Shown here piece by piece: positions 20,628-29,682 of a stretch of DNA of 64,000 nt; the stretch's first letter is position 1; each line of letters opens with the position of its first letter. The stretch is from Actinomycetota bacterium (lineage in GTDB: Bacteria > Actinomycetota > Acidimicrobiia > Acidimicrobiales > Ilumatobacteraceae): contig JBEDFA010000023.1 in NCBI GenBank assembly GCA_041175365.1, positions 10,738 through 74,737 on the forward strand, read 5' to 3'. A model generated the notes under the pieces. The model was not told the origin of the DNA. It saw nothing but the letters and a program-made list of their open reading frames with translations, and made no database searches. Both the position numbers and the translations under genes were made by a program.

Positions 20628-21349
20628 GCACACTGAAAATCACAGGCTTGACTGCAGAAGTCGCCGATAAGCAAATTCTCAATGGCATCGACCTTGAAGT
20701 GAACTCAGGTGAAGTGCATGCCATCATGGGGCCCAACGGCGCCGGTAAGAGCACATTGTCCGCGGTCATCATGGGCAAGCCCGGATACACCGTCACTGGT
20801 GGCAGCGTCACACTCGATGGTGTTGACATGCTTGCGTTGCCAACATGGCAGCGTGCTGCGGCTGGATTGCATCTCGTGATGCAGTACCCCACAGAAGTTC
20901 CTGGCGTGCATGTTGATCAGGTGCTGGCAGAAGCTCTCACCGCACGTGGTCGTGATACGAAGGACATGGCTGCTCGCATCGCTGTTGAAGCGGGCCGCAT
21001 CAACTTTGACGCCAACCTTGTTTCGCGTGCGATGAATGTTGACCTCTCTGGTGGAGAGAAGAAGCGCAATGAAACATTGCAGTTGGGAATGCTGGAGCCG
21101 AAGTTCGCGATTCTCGACGAATTGGATTCTGGTCTCGATATTGACGCATTGCGTGACTGCGCACGCCGCGTTGAAGCTGCAACGCACGAGAACAACTTGG
21201 GTGTTCTTGCCATTACGCACTACGTACGCTTGTTGGAAGAACTCAAGCCCGACGTCGTACATATTCTCGCTGCAGGTCGCATCGTGAAGACAGGCGGCCC
21301 AGAGCTTGCCGACATTCTCGAGCGCGACGGCTACGCCGCCTTCGTTTGA
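20624..21349 (+). CDS. sufC: Fe-S cluster assembly ATPase SufC (copy 1, divergent)
   Basis: Walker A is GPNGAGKST, the ABC signature is LSGGEKKRNE, and Walker B is AILDELDSGLDIDA. It ends in the ITHY..LL motif. Confidence 0.9.
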   Translation: MSTLKITGLTAEVADKQILNGIDLEVNSGEVHAIMGPNGAGKSTLSAVIMGKPGYTVTGGSVTLDGVDMLALPTWQRAAAGLHLVMQYPTEVPGVHVDQVLAEALTARGRDTKDMAARIAVEAGRINFDANLVSRAMNVDLSGGEKKRNETLQLGMLEPKFAILDELDSGLDIDALRDCARRVEAATHENNLGVLAITHYVRLLEELKPDVVHILAAGRIVKTGGPELADILERDGYAAFV

Positions 21350-21417
21350 CTCTGACTCGTTCAGTCATTCAATAGACCTGCCGTAGGTCTAGGGTGCCCT
21401 TTGGGAAGGGGGCTCCC

Positions 21418-22662
21418 ATGACAACGTCAACTAACCGTGTGTATCTCGCTCGCGAGGGCAAATTTCCGGGCTGGTGGGTCGTTGGCGGATGTTTCGCTGT
21501 TCTGTTCTTTGGCTCGTCTTTGGGCTTTTACGGAATGGGCGTCTACCTCAATGCATTCTCGAAAGAGTTTGGTTGGAAGATTTCTTCGCTGTCCATCGCG
21601 ACGACGTTCTTCTTTCTGATCGGCGGTTTGTGGAATGTGGTCGTTGCGCGACTGATCGCAAAGTTTGATGTTCGCTACTTGATGTATGGCGGCGCAGTTG
21701 TCGGCGCCGGATCGCTGTACATGTTGGGCCATGTCACCGAGAAGTGGCATCTGTTTGTTGTGTATGCAATCTTTGCAATTGCATGGTCGTCGAGTGGGCT
21801 CACTGCTGCAACAACTGTCGTGACGAGATGGTTCCATGTGAAGCGCGCTTCGGCGATTGCGGCGGCATCATCGGGACTTTCTGTGGGCGGCATTTTGTTG
21901 ACGCCATTCGTAAAGAAGTTGATCGATGCGCAACAGATGAGCGGAGCAAGTATCTATCTTGCTCTCATTTGGCTCTTCGGAATGTCGATTCCCGCCTTCC
22001 TTCTGATTCGTCCGGATCCATTGGCCCTGAACTGGATGCCAGATGGTCAACCAAAGCCAGAAAATCACGTTTCTGATTTGCCAGGCACGTCAATGGCAGA
22101 TGCCATCCGTACAAAATTCTTTTGGGTTGTCACGATTGGCTACGTGTTGGTGATGGGTGCACAAGTGGGTGCTATCCAGCAGATCGTGAAATTGGTGGAA
22201 GAGCGCACAACACCAGGAACAGCTGCTCTTGCAACCTCTGTTTTGTCGGGCGCAAGTGTGGTGTTCCGACTTGTGGGTGGACGCATCATTCCGAAATTCC
22301 CGCTAGCGAAGTTCATGGTCTTCATTGCCGCTGTGCAGGGCTCAGCCATCATTTTGATTGGTCAGATGGAAAACACGATTCTGTTGTTTATTGCTATCGG
22401 ACTCTTCGGTGCCATGGTGGGGAACGTGCTCATGATGCAATCGTTGCTGATTGCACAGCGATTCGGCGTTAAAGATTATGCGCGAATCTCGGCGCGTTCA
22501 GGACTAGTGAGTCTTACAGGCACCGCAATCGGGCCAATTCTGATTGGCAGTATTCGTGACACTTCGGGCAACTACACAGTGCCGTACCTAGTTGCCGGCT
22601 GTATCTCCCTGGTGGGCGCACTGTTGTTTACAACAAGTGGACCAGCCGAAGTAGAAGACTAG
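21418..22662 (+). CDS. MFS transporter
   Basis: Track ORF 21394..22662. It has about 12 hydrophobic segments. I placed the start at ATG 21418, which is preceded by GAAGGGGG at SD distance. Confidence 0.85.
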   Translation: MTTSTNRVYLAREGKFPGWWVVGGCFAVLFFGSSLGFYGMGVYLNAFSKEFGWKISSLSIATTFFFLIGGLWNVVVARLIAKFDVRYLMYGGAVVGAGSLYMLGHVTEKWHLFVVYAIFAIAWSSSGLTAATTVVTRWFHVKRASAIAAASSGLSVGGILLTPFVKKLIDAQQMSGASIYLALIWLFGMSIPAFLLIRPDPLALNWMPDGQPKPENHVSDLPGTSMADAIRTKFFWVVTIGYVLVMGAQVGAIQQIVKLVEERTTPGTAALATSVLSGASVVFRLVGGRIIPKFPLAKFMVFIAAVQGSAIILIGQMENTILLFIAIGLFGAMVGNVLMMQSLLIAQRFGVKDYARISARSGLVSLTGTAIGPILIGSIRDTSGNYTVPYLVAGCISLVGALLFTTSGPAEVED

Positions 22663-23528
22663 AAAGTCATTGCGCGCAAAAGGCGAATGCGCTCTGCTGT
22701 AGCAGGGTGTGTAGAGAACAAGCGCGAGACGTCAAGTCCACCCTTCTTATGCATCTCATTGAGTGGATTGTGAATGTATGCCTGTGCTTGTGCAGGGGCT
22801 ACTTGCATTGGGTTACGTGATGCAAGAACTTCGATCTTCTCTAATGCGCTAGCGAGTGGTTCGCCCTTGCCCAGCAATTCAGCAGCACCTCGGTCGGCTT
22901 CGAATTCACGGCTACGACTGATGGCCATTTGAATCAGTCCGGCTGCCATTGGCGCGAACATGGCGACGAGCAATACGGCGAATGGATTGCCGCGATCTTC
23001 ATCGTCGCGACCACCGCTAAACATGCTGGCGAACATGGCCATCTGTGCGATAGCGGAGATGGCTGTAGCGACAGCGGCGGCAACAGAGCCGATGAGGATG
23101 TCACGGTTGCGCACGTGCATCAACTCATGCGCCATCACACCTTCGACTTCTTCACGAGTGAGTGACTGCAGAAGGCCTGTCGTTGCGCACACCACTGCAT
23201 GTTGAGGGTTGCGACCGGTAGCGAAAGCATTTGGTTGATCGCTAGGGGAGACAGCCACGCGTGGCATAGGCAAACCGGCGCGTTGGGAGAGGTCGCGAAT
23301 CATTCCGTAGAACTCGGGGTGGTCAGCTTCGGTGATGACTTGAGCTTTTGCAGAACGCAATGCCAATTTGTCGCTTGACCAGTAGGACCAACCCACCATG
23401 GCGAATGCGATGACGAGGCCGAGCATGACAGAACTGCTGCTGCCGCCACCGAGTAGCGAGGCGATGCCAACGATGAGACCGCCCAGAGCGGCGAGAAGAA
23501 TTGTTGTCTTTGCTGTGTTCTTAAACAT
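22659..23528 (-). CDS. htpX: Zinc metalloprotease HtpX
   Basis: Track ORF 22659..23738 is over-extended. The zinc motif is HELMHVRNRD, flanked by TM helices. I placed the start at ATG 23528 (MFKNTAKTT), which is preceded by AAGGAG. It lies 26 nt downstream of the ATPase stop. Confidence 0.9.
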   Translation of the reverse strand: MFKNTAKTTILLAALGGLIVGIASLLGGGSSSSVMLGLVIAFAMVGWSYWSSDKLALRSAKAQVITEADHPEFYGMIRDLSQRAGLPMPRVAVSPSDQPNAFATGRNPQHAVVCATTGLLQSLTREEVEGVMAHELMHVRNRDILIGSVAAAVATAISAIAQMAMFASMFSGGRDDEDRGNPFAVLLVAMFAPMAAGLIQMAISRSREFEADRGAAELLGKGEPLASALEKIEVLASRNPMQVAPAQAQAYIHNPLNEMHKKGGLDVSRLFSTHPATAERIRLLRAMTF

Positions 23529-23554
23529 GGTGTTCTCCTTAGTTGCTGTTCTGG

Positions 23555-26302
23555 TTATTTCTGACGACGACGAACAATGACTTTGCGAATCTCTTCCGCC
23601 CACAGCACAGATGATGCTGTTGCAATGCAGATCAACCATTGCTGTGGGGTGATGTCCCTTGTGTCGAAAAGGTTTTGCATGAACCAAACGTGTGTGACTG
23701 CAACCTGAAGTGCAAGAACAGATGCAAGTGAGATCCACAGTGCCTTGTTGGTGAAGGTCAATTTGTTGAACACACTTCTAGAATCGCTGCGAACATTCAA
23801 AATGTTGAAGAACTGGAACAACACGAATGTATTGAGACCCATCGTTCCTGCAACGGAAGCTGTGGTTGCTGCAACATGATCGCCAGGGGCGAATTCGAAG
23901 AGAAGTGTTGTCGCAATGGCCATGACAAGCGCGCTGAGTCCGACTGTGAACCACCGTTGACGAGTGAGAATCGGTTCATTTTTCGGACGTGGTGTACGTG
24001 ACATGACGGATGTTCCGCCTTGGTCGACTCCCAATGCCATTGCTGGAGGGCCATCCATGATGATGTTGACCCAGAGAATTGCGATAGCAGTGAACGGCTT
24101 GCGCTCCATGATTCCGGTGATCGAACTTGCGAGGAACACCATGGCAAAACCAAGTGTGGTGCTGAGCTGGAAGCGAACAAACTTCACGATGTTGTCGTAA
24201 ATGACTCGACCACGTTCGACCGCACCAACGATGGTCGCGAAGTTGTCGTCCGTCAGCACCATGGTGGCTGCTTCTTTGGTGACTTCGGTGCCGGTGATGC
24301 CCATGGCAACACCAATGTCGGCTTTCTTGAGTGCAGGTGCGTCGTTGACGCCGTCACCGGTCATCGCTACAACATTGCCCTTGCGTTGCAGTGCAGTGAC
24401 AAGACGAATTTTGTGAGTAGGGGAAACTCGTGCAAAGACTGAAGTGTGATCGATGATGCGTTCGAGTTCTTCTTCCGACATCAACTCAAGTTCTGCGCCA
24501 GTGACGGAACCGCCAGTGAGGCCGAGGTCGCGGCCGATAGCTGCAGCGGTAATTGCATGGTCGCCCGTAATCATCTTCACGGAGATACCGGCTCGGTGTG
24601 CGATCGCGATGGCATCGCGTGCTTCGGGACGAGGTGGGTCGATGATTCCGATGAGTGCCAGGAATGTCAACTCATGCACCAAGGAGATGGGATCTTCGGC
24701 GGAGATTTCATTCCAGGCTTCAAGGTCAAAGTCGCGGTGGGCAACAGCGAGTACGCGCAAGCCTTGTGATGCGAGACGTTCGTTGTGGGCAACAAGGTCT
24801 GCGTGGAGGTCTCCGATGGGGGCTGCCGAACCGGTGGCATCGATAGCGCGAACGGAGCGTTGCATGAGAACGTCTGGTGCACCCTTGACGAACACGCGCA
24901 CGATGTCATGTCCTTCATCAGTGGTGATTTGATGGAACGTGGCCATGAACTTATGTGCGCTATCAAATGGCACTTCAGCCAAGCGCGGACGTTGAGTGCG
25001 CATGTCGGAAACGTCAATGCCACCCTTCATGGCAAGCACGACCATGGCGCCTTCTGTGGGGTCGCCCACAAGTTCCCACTCGTTGCCTTCATCGTTGCGA
25101 ACAATGGAGTCATTGCAAAGAGCCATTGGATACAAGGCTGTGAGAAGTGCAATGGGGTCATCGCCTTGCGCGGTTTCAATCTTCCCGTCGGGGGAGTAAC
25201 CCTCGCCGGAGATGTGGTGCGACTTGTTCATGAAGACAAGTTCACGTGCAGTCATTTGATTCAAAGTGAGCGTGCCGGTCTTGTCGGAACAGATGACGCT
25301 GGTGCATCCAAGTGTCTCAACGCTCGCGAGACGCTTCACGATGGCGTTCTTTTTTGCCATTCGCGAAGTGCCGATAGCAAGAGTCACGGCCGTGACCGCA
25401 GGAAGCCCTTCAGGAATTGCGGCGGCTGCGAGTGCAACGGCGGTGAGCATCAAGTCTTGAAATTCATCACCGGAGATGAGGCCGATGATGAAGACAACGC
25501 CAACAATGACGCCCGCAAGTTTTGCAAGCGAGTGGGCGAGTGTGTCGAGTTGCTTTTGTAGAGGGGTCTTGTCGGTTTCAGTGTCCTGGAGAAGACCTGC
25601 AATGTGACCCATCTCGGTGTTCATGCCAGTGGCGGTGACGACGAATTCAGCGCGGCCTCTGGTCACGGTGGTATTCATGAACACCCCACACTTGCGATCA
25701 CCGATGGAAGCATCTGCGGCGACTGGATCGAGCGATTTTGTTGACGCGAGGCTTTCACCTGTTAGCGATGCCTCTTCCACTTCAAGGTTGACGGCAGTGA
25801 GAAGTCGTCCGTCGCCAGGGACGCGGTCGCCAGCTTCGATGAGCACGATGTCGCCGGGCACTATTTGTTCTGTTGGCACATTCTCGAGTTCGCCATTACG
25901 TCGTACACGTGCTGATGACGCGAGCATTTTCTTCAAGGCATTCAGTGACGCCTCGGCCTTGTTCTCCTGAACAAAGCCAATGATTGCGTTGATGAGAACA
26001 ACCGTCATCACAACGATGGGTGTTTTGACTTCCTTGGCGACAACAAGGCTGACCACCGCGGCAACAATCAAGATGACTGTCAGCATGTTGGTGAACTGAC
26101 CCGCGAATCGCTTCCACGCAGGAACTGCTTCTTTTTCTGCCAAGCGGTTGGGACCGAACAACATCAAACGGGCTGAAACCTCGTCAGTGTTCAAGCCATT
26201 GGTGTCGGCTTTGATCTGTTGCAGGACTTCTTCAGCAGAAAGAGCGTGAGCTACCAGCGGAGACTCTGTGAGATTTGCATGTACTGCGGGGGCAGGGAAC
26301 AT
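23555..26302 (-). CDS. P2-type cation-transporting ATPase (Ca2+/Mn2+ class)
   Basis: Track ORF 23555..26464 is over-extended. The motifs are TGES, the phosphorylation site CSDKTGTLT, KGAPD, MITGDH and TGDGVNDAPALK, plus an N-terminal Cation_ATPase_N-like segment. I placed the start at ATG 26302 (MFPAPAV), which is preceded by GAAGGA. Confidence 0.93.
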   Translation of the reverse strand: MFPAPAVHANLTESPLVAHALSAEEVLQQIKADTNGLNTDEVSARLMLFGPNRLAEKEAVPAWKRFAGQFTNMLTVILIVAAVVSLVVAKEVKTPIVVMTVVLINAIIGFVQENKAEASLNALKKMLASSARVRRNGELENVPTEQIVPGDIVLIEAGDRVPGDGRLLTAVNLEVEEASLTGESLASTKSLDPVAADASIGDRKCGVFMNTTVTRGRAEFVVTATGMNTEMGHIAGLLQDTETDKTPLQKQLDTLAHSLAKLAGVIVGVVFIIGLISGDEFQDLMLTAVALAAAAIPEGLPAVTAVTLAIGTSRMAKKNAIVKRLASVETLGCTSVICSDKTGTLTLNQMTARELVFMNKSHHISGEGYSPDGKIETAQGDDPIALLTALYPMALCNDSIVRNDEGNEWELVGDPTEGAMVVLAMKGGIDVSDMRTQRPRLAEVPFDSAHKFMATFHQITTDEGHDIVRVFVKGAPDVLMQRSVRAIDATGSAAPIGDLHADLVAHNERLASQGLRVLAVAHRDFDLEAWNEISAEDPISLVHELTFLALIGIIDPPRPEARDAIAIAHRAGISVKMITGDHAITAAAIGRDLGLTGGSVTGAELELMSEEELERIIDHTSVFARVSPTHKIRLVTALQRKGNVVAMTGDGVNDAPALKKADIGVAMGITGTEVTKEAATMVLTDDNFATIVGAVERGRVIYDNIVKFVRFQLSTTLGFAMVFLASSITGIMERKPFTAIAILWVNIIMDGPPAMALGVDQGGTSVMSRTPRPKNEPILTRQRWFTVGLSALVMAIATTLLFEFAPGDHVAATTASVAGTMGLNTFVLFQFFNILNVRSDSRSVFNKLTFTNKALWISLASVLALQVAVTHVWFMQNLFDTRDITPQQWLICIATASSVLWAEEIRKVIVRRRQK

Positions 26303-26309
26303 TGGTTTT

Positions 26310-26426
26310 CCTTCGGCTAGCAACGGGGCTTGGCCGAAGGTCTCTCCCAACCCTTTCGGGTTTCCGTGCCGGGCTTTTTTAACCGTACTGACGACACTGG
26401 AATTGGTAGGGATACTCCCCTTCGTG
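26310..26426 (-). promoter_or_regulatory. yybP-ykoY-like (Mn2+) riboswitch with SD-sequestering expression platform
   Basis: The minus-strand leader reads CGAAGGGGAGUAUCCC...GUCGUCAGUA...AACCCGAAAGGGUU GGGAGAGACCUUCG GCCAAGCCCCGUUGCUA GCCGAAGGAAAACCAAUG. It carries the two hallmark blocks (GGGGAGUA after the P1 5' strand and AGACC before the P1 3' strand) and a GAAA-capped hairpin, as in the Lactococcus lactis yoaB leader I recall. CCUUCG can pair either with the upstream CGAAGG (P1) or with the downstream GCCGAAGG, which contains the SD. Confidence 0.55.
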
Positions 26427-26432
26427 ATTGAA

Positions 26433-26438
26433 ATTATA
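26433..26438 (-). promoter_or_regulatory. Candidate -10 box (TATAAT) for the riboswitch-ATPase transcript
   Basis: A perfect TATAAT on the minus strand ends 6 nt upstream of the first base of the proposed P1 helix. I found no convincing -35. Confidence 0.4.
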
Positions 26439-26462
26439 GGCCCATCTCCTAATCTCACAGGC

Positions 26463-26951
26463 ATGTCAGACGAGAAAATTCACCCCAATGTGGCAAAAGT
26501 GACAGATGCTGCGCGTGCGGCTGGTCTTGAGATCACGGTGAAGAAGTTCCCCGAAGGCACAAAGACGGCGCAGGACGCGGCCACGGCCATCGGGGTCACG
26601 GTGGGGCAGATCGTGAAGAGTCTCGTCTTTGGCGTGGATGACGAAATCGTGATGGCACTCGTCAGCGGATCGAACCATTTGGATGAGAAGAAACTTGCAG
26701 CGGCTGCCGGCGGTGCGAAATGCACGCGCGTTGATGCTGATGCTGTGCGTGAGGCGACAAGCTTCCCGATTGGTGGCGTTCCACCTTTTGGTCACACAAC
26801 TCAACTGCGTGTGTTTGTTGATCCGGACTTGTTGCAGTACGACGAAGTGTGGGCTGCAGCTGGAACGTGGAACGACAACTTCGGTGCGAACCCGAATGAC
26901 ATCGTGCGCGTTGCTGGCGGCGTAGTCACCGACCTGAAGCGGTCCGAATAA
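26463..26951 (+). CDS. YbaK/EbsC-type aminoacyl-tRNA editing (deacylase) domain protein
   Basis: Track ORF 26268..26951 is over-extended, and I moved the start to MSDEKIH at 26463. The motifs are KSLVF, SG...LD.KKL and FPIGGVPPFGH. Confidence 0.85.
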   Translation: MSDEKIHPNVAKVTDAARAAGLEITVKKFPEGTKTAQDAATAIGVTVGQIVKSLVFGVDDEIVMALVSGSNHLDEKKLAAAAGGAKCTRVDADAVREATSFPIGGVPPFGHTTQLRVFVDPDLLQYDEVWAAAGTWNDNFGANPNDIVRVAGGVVTDLKRSE

Positions 26952-27545
26952 TCAGGAATTTGTCGCCCACACTTCGACGTATGGTCCATGAGTGACGTCA
27001 AAGATGCGAAAGCCTGCGGAGGCGATTGCTGTTTGGAATGAATCCTCTGGCCATGTTGTGTACCAACGCCGACCGTCGCTCTCTTCGAGCCATCCTGATT
27101 CACCTGTTGCCGGCACGCATGCATACATGAGACCATTCGGTTTCAATAAGACTTTCACGTCTCGTAGAAGGTTCTCCACCTCTGATTCCTGCAGATGAAC
27201 AAGAGATGCTTGTGCCCACATGGCATCAAAAGTGAGCGGACTGAAGAGGGAACAGATTTCTCGAATGTCTCCTGCGATGACTTCACCGTGCTGTTGCGCC
27301 ATTTCGATAAAGGCAGGATTTAGTTCGACACCAATCGGGTGATGGCCCGCCTCGGTAAAGATTCGAATGTCGCGTCCGGGTCCGCAACCGAGGTCAAGAA
27401 CTTTGGATCCTGGGGAAATCAGTGATGCAAATCGACTCGGACGGTCGAGTAGATGGGTTGCGTATTTTCTTTCGTATGCGTCTGGTTCGAGACTGTATGC
27501 CGCAACAGAAATGATGACTGGGTCATCTTGTAAATCGTCGCTCAC
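26952..27545 (-). CDS. Class I SAM-dependent methyltransferase
   Basis: The SAM-binding motif I is KVLDLGCGPGRD. The size is about 197 aa. Confidence 0.8.
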   Translation of the reverse strand: MSDDLQDDPVIISVAAYSLEPDAYERKYATHLLDRPSRFASLISPGSKVLDLGCGPGRDIRIFTEAGHHPIGVELNPAFIEMAQQHGEVIAGDIREICSLFSPLTFDAMWAQASLVHLQESEVENLLRDVKVLLKPNGLMYACVPATGESGWLEESDGRRWYTTWPEDSFQTAIASAGFRIFDVTHGPYVEVWATNS

Positions 27546-27588
27546 ATGTCAATAGTGCCATGTGGGAGAGGAAATTGTGATCAGATTT

Positions 27589-28419
27589 TCAAATATCAAC
27601 TTCGCCGGAAATGCAAGTGACGACGTTACCGCCAACCCACACGGCATTCGAATCATCGACTTCGATGTGGACAACACCGGCGTGCCCAATCGCGTTTCCT
27701 TGAGAAGCAAGGTACGGGGCAGAGAATCGACCTGAGCCGATCAACCATTGAGCAAGTGATGCGTTGAGGCTTCCCGTTACTGGATCCTCAAGAGTGATGC
27801 CATTCGATGAATAGAAGGCCCGTACCTCATACGCGAATCGTGATTCGGACGAGTGTGCTCCAGCGACACCTAATGTCAGGCGCATCGCTTTGGGTTCCAG
27901 AGCCAACACCTCCTCGGCAGAGGCGAGAAGAATGCCCAGCCAGCCTGGCCCATTGTCAATCCACGCTGCGTCAATGATGGCATCGCGATTAATACCGAGA
28001 GACTCAGCCGCTTCTCGTATCAAAGCATCGTCGACCGCTCCGCTCTTCAGCAACGGCGGCGCTGCGAAGAAAAGTGACTTGTCAACGCGGCGCACAGTGA
28101 CGTGCCCAACTCCGCATTCCTGCACGATGACGTTTTCATTTTTCGGCATACCTCCATTCGATAGCCATGCATGTGCCGAGCCAAGAGTGGGATGACCTGC
28201 AAAGGGGAGTTCTCCTGTGGGCGTGAAAATTCGGACTCTGTAATCAGCAGAGTCGTGTGTGGGAGGAAGGAGAAAGGTTGTTTCAGAAAGGTTCGTCCAC
28301 TTAGCGAATGTCTGCATGTCGTTCGCCGTCAAGCCATCGGCATCGACCACCACCGCGAGTGGATTCCCCCGATAGGGATTCTCTCCAAAGACATCGACCT
28401 GAACGAAACGCCTATTCAT
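27589..28419 (-). CDS. PhzF-family isomerase
   Basis: The N-terminus is FVQVDVFGENPYRGNPLAVV, followed by ETTFL and FAGHPTLGSAHAW, which is typical of PhzF/YddE. Confidence 0.85.
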   Translation of the reverse strand: MNRRFVQVDVFGENPYRGNPLAVVVDADGLTANDMQTFAKWTNLSETTFLLPPTHDSADYRVRIFTPTGELPFAGHPTLGSAHAWLSNGGMPKNENVIVQECGVGHVTVRRVDKSLFFAAPPLLKSGAVDDALIREAAESLGINRDAIIDAAWIDNGPGWLGILLASAEEVLALEPKAMRLTLGVAGAHSSESRFAYEVRAFYSSNGITLEDPVTGSLNASLAQWLIGSGRFSAPYLASQGNAIGHAGVVHIEVDDSNAVWVGGNVVTCISGEVDI

Positions 28420-28551
28420 GTGCTCAATTCTCGCCGATATTCACGTTGGAAGTTGGTCTCTTGGCGGTTGTTAATGCCACACCGAGTATCGTCCTTACAT
28501 CGCGTTCAACACACCAGCGATGGGAGTTGAAATTCAAGTAGGAGTACGAAA

Positions 28552-29193
28552 ATGGCAACGAAGACTTTGACCGACATCATGGGATGGCGCTACGCCACAA
28601 AGAAGATGAAGGCATCAACTCCTGTTCCTCAGGAAAAAGTTGACGCGATTATCGAGGCAGTTCGCATGGCTCCTACCTCAAGTGGTCTGCAGCCGTTTGA
28701 ACTCTTCGTTATTACAAATAATGAACTCCGTGCAGAGATCGCAAAGGCTGCAAATGGTCAGGCGCAAGTCACCGATGGTTCTCATCTTCTTGTATTTGCT
28801 GCATGGGATAACTACTCCGCTGAGCGAATCGACGAAGTTGTTGACCTCACAGTTGAGGCTCGTGGCGATATCCCAACGTTGCGTGGGTACTTCGACTTCT
28901 TGAAGGCCAACTATCTGAAGCGCGATCCAGAGGTGAACTACGCACATGCAGCTCGCCAGGCGTACATTGCTCTCGGATTTGCAATGATTGCAGCAGCTGA
29001 GCAAGAGGTCGACTGCACACCCATGGAAGGCTTCAACTCAGAAGCAGTGGATGCCATCCTCGGACTGAGAGAACGCGGATTGCGCTCAGTAGTTTTACTG
29101 CCATTGGGTTACCGCGATATAGAAGGTGACTGGTTGTTGCCAATGCCGAAGGTTCGTAAGTCTCGTGCTGCAATGGTGACCGAGCTGGCATAA
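28552..29193 (+). CDS. Nitroreductase-family NAD(P)H oxidoreductase
   Basis: The pattern is RYATKKM, APTSSGLQPFELFVI and CTPMEGF, which is typical of NfsB-like nitroreductases. Confidence 0.8.
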   Translation: MATKTLTDIMGWRYATKKMKASTPVPQEKVDAIIEAVRMAPTSSGLQPFELFVITNNELRAEIAKAANGQAQVTDGSHLLVFAAWDNYSAERIDEVVDLTVEARGDIPTLRGYFDFLKANYLKRDPEVNYAHAARQAYIALGFAMIAAAEQEVDCTPMEGFNSEAVDAILGLRERGLRSVVLLPLGYRDIEGDWLLPMPKVRKSRAAMVTELA

Positions 29194-29203
29194 GGCCGAG
29201 CCA

Positions 29204-29659
29204 ATGGAGTTCACCGTTACACCTGTCGGAGTTGTGCGTAGTACGCGCACCGAAGCAGAAGATGACCAATGGGATTCTGAAAGCTCAACTATCGAGATGC
29301 TGTCGCCCTTTGGCGAACGTGCACTTCAAGGACTTGCAGATTTCAGTCACTGCATCGTTGTGTATGTGTTTGACCGCGCATCGTGGGACGAATCCCGTAT
29401 CGCGCGTCATCCCAGAGGCAATAAAGATTGGCCAGAAGTGGGCATCTTTGCTCAACGAGCAAAAGACCGTCCAAACCGCCTCGGTGTCACGGTGTGTCAG
29501 ATCTTGGGAGTAGATGGCTCCACTGTTCGATTGAGCGGTCTTGATGCGATCGATGGAACACCAGTTGTAGATATCAAGCCATGGATGGTTGAGTTCGGTC
29601 CTCGTGGCGAAGTGGAGCAGCCGTCTTGGTCTAGCGAGTTGATGAAGGACTATTGGTAG
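29204..29659 (+). CDS. TsaA/TrmO-like SAM-dependent methyltransferase domain protein
   Basis: It has IGVVRS, RPNRLGVTVCQILGVDG..V.LSGLDAIDGTPVVDIKP, the UPF0066/YaeB signature. Confidence 0.75.
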   Translation: MEFTVTPVGVVRSTRTEAEDDQWDSESSTIEMLSPFGERALQGLADFSHCIVVYVFDRASWDESRIARHPRGNKDWPEVGIFAQRAKDRPNRLGVTVCQILGVDGSTVRLSGLDAIDGTPVVDIKPWMVEFGPRGEVEQPSWSSELMKDYW

Positions 29660-29682
29660 AGCCGGTAACGGCTTGACTTAGA

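Noticed and set aside
21350-21417. Hairpin AGACCT-gccgt-AGGTCT after sufC1 as an intrinsic terminator
   Set aside because: It is a 6-bp stem with no following T tract (AGGGTGCCC follows). This is not convincing as a Rho-independent terminator.
26268-26464. N-terminal extensions of the YbaK ORF (from 26268) and of the ATPase ORF (to 26464) that overlap each other
   Set aside because: Both extensions cross the divergent leader that contains the TATAAT box and the riboswitch-like element. Internal ATGs give normal N-termini (26463 for YbaK, and 26302 with an SD for the ATPase). The same reasoning applies to htpX (23529-23738), the desaturase (51792-52139) and the MBL gene (52438-52632).
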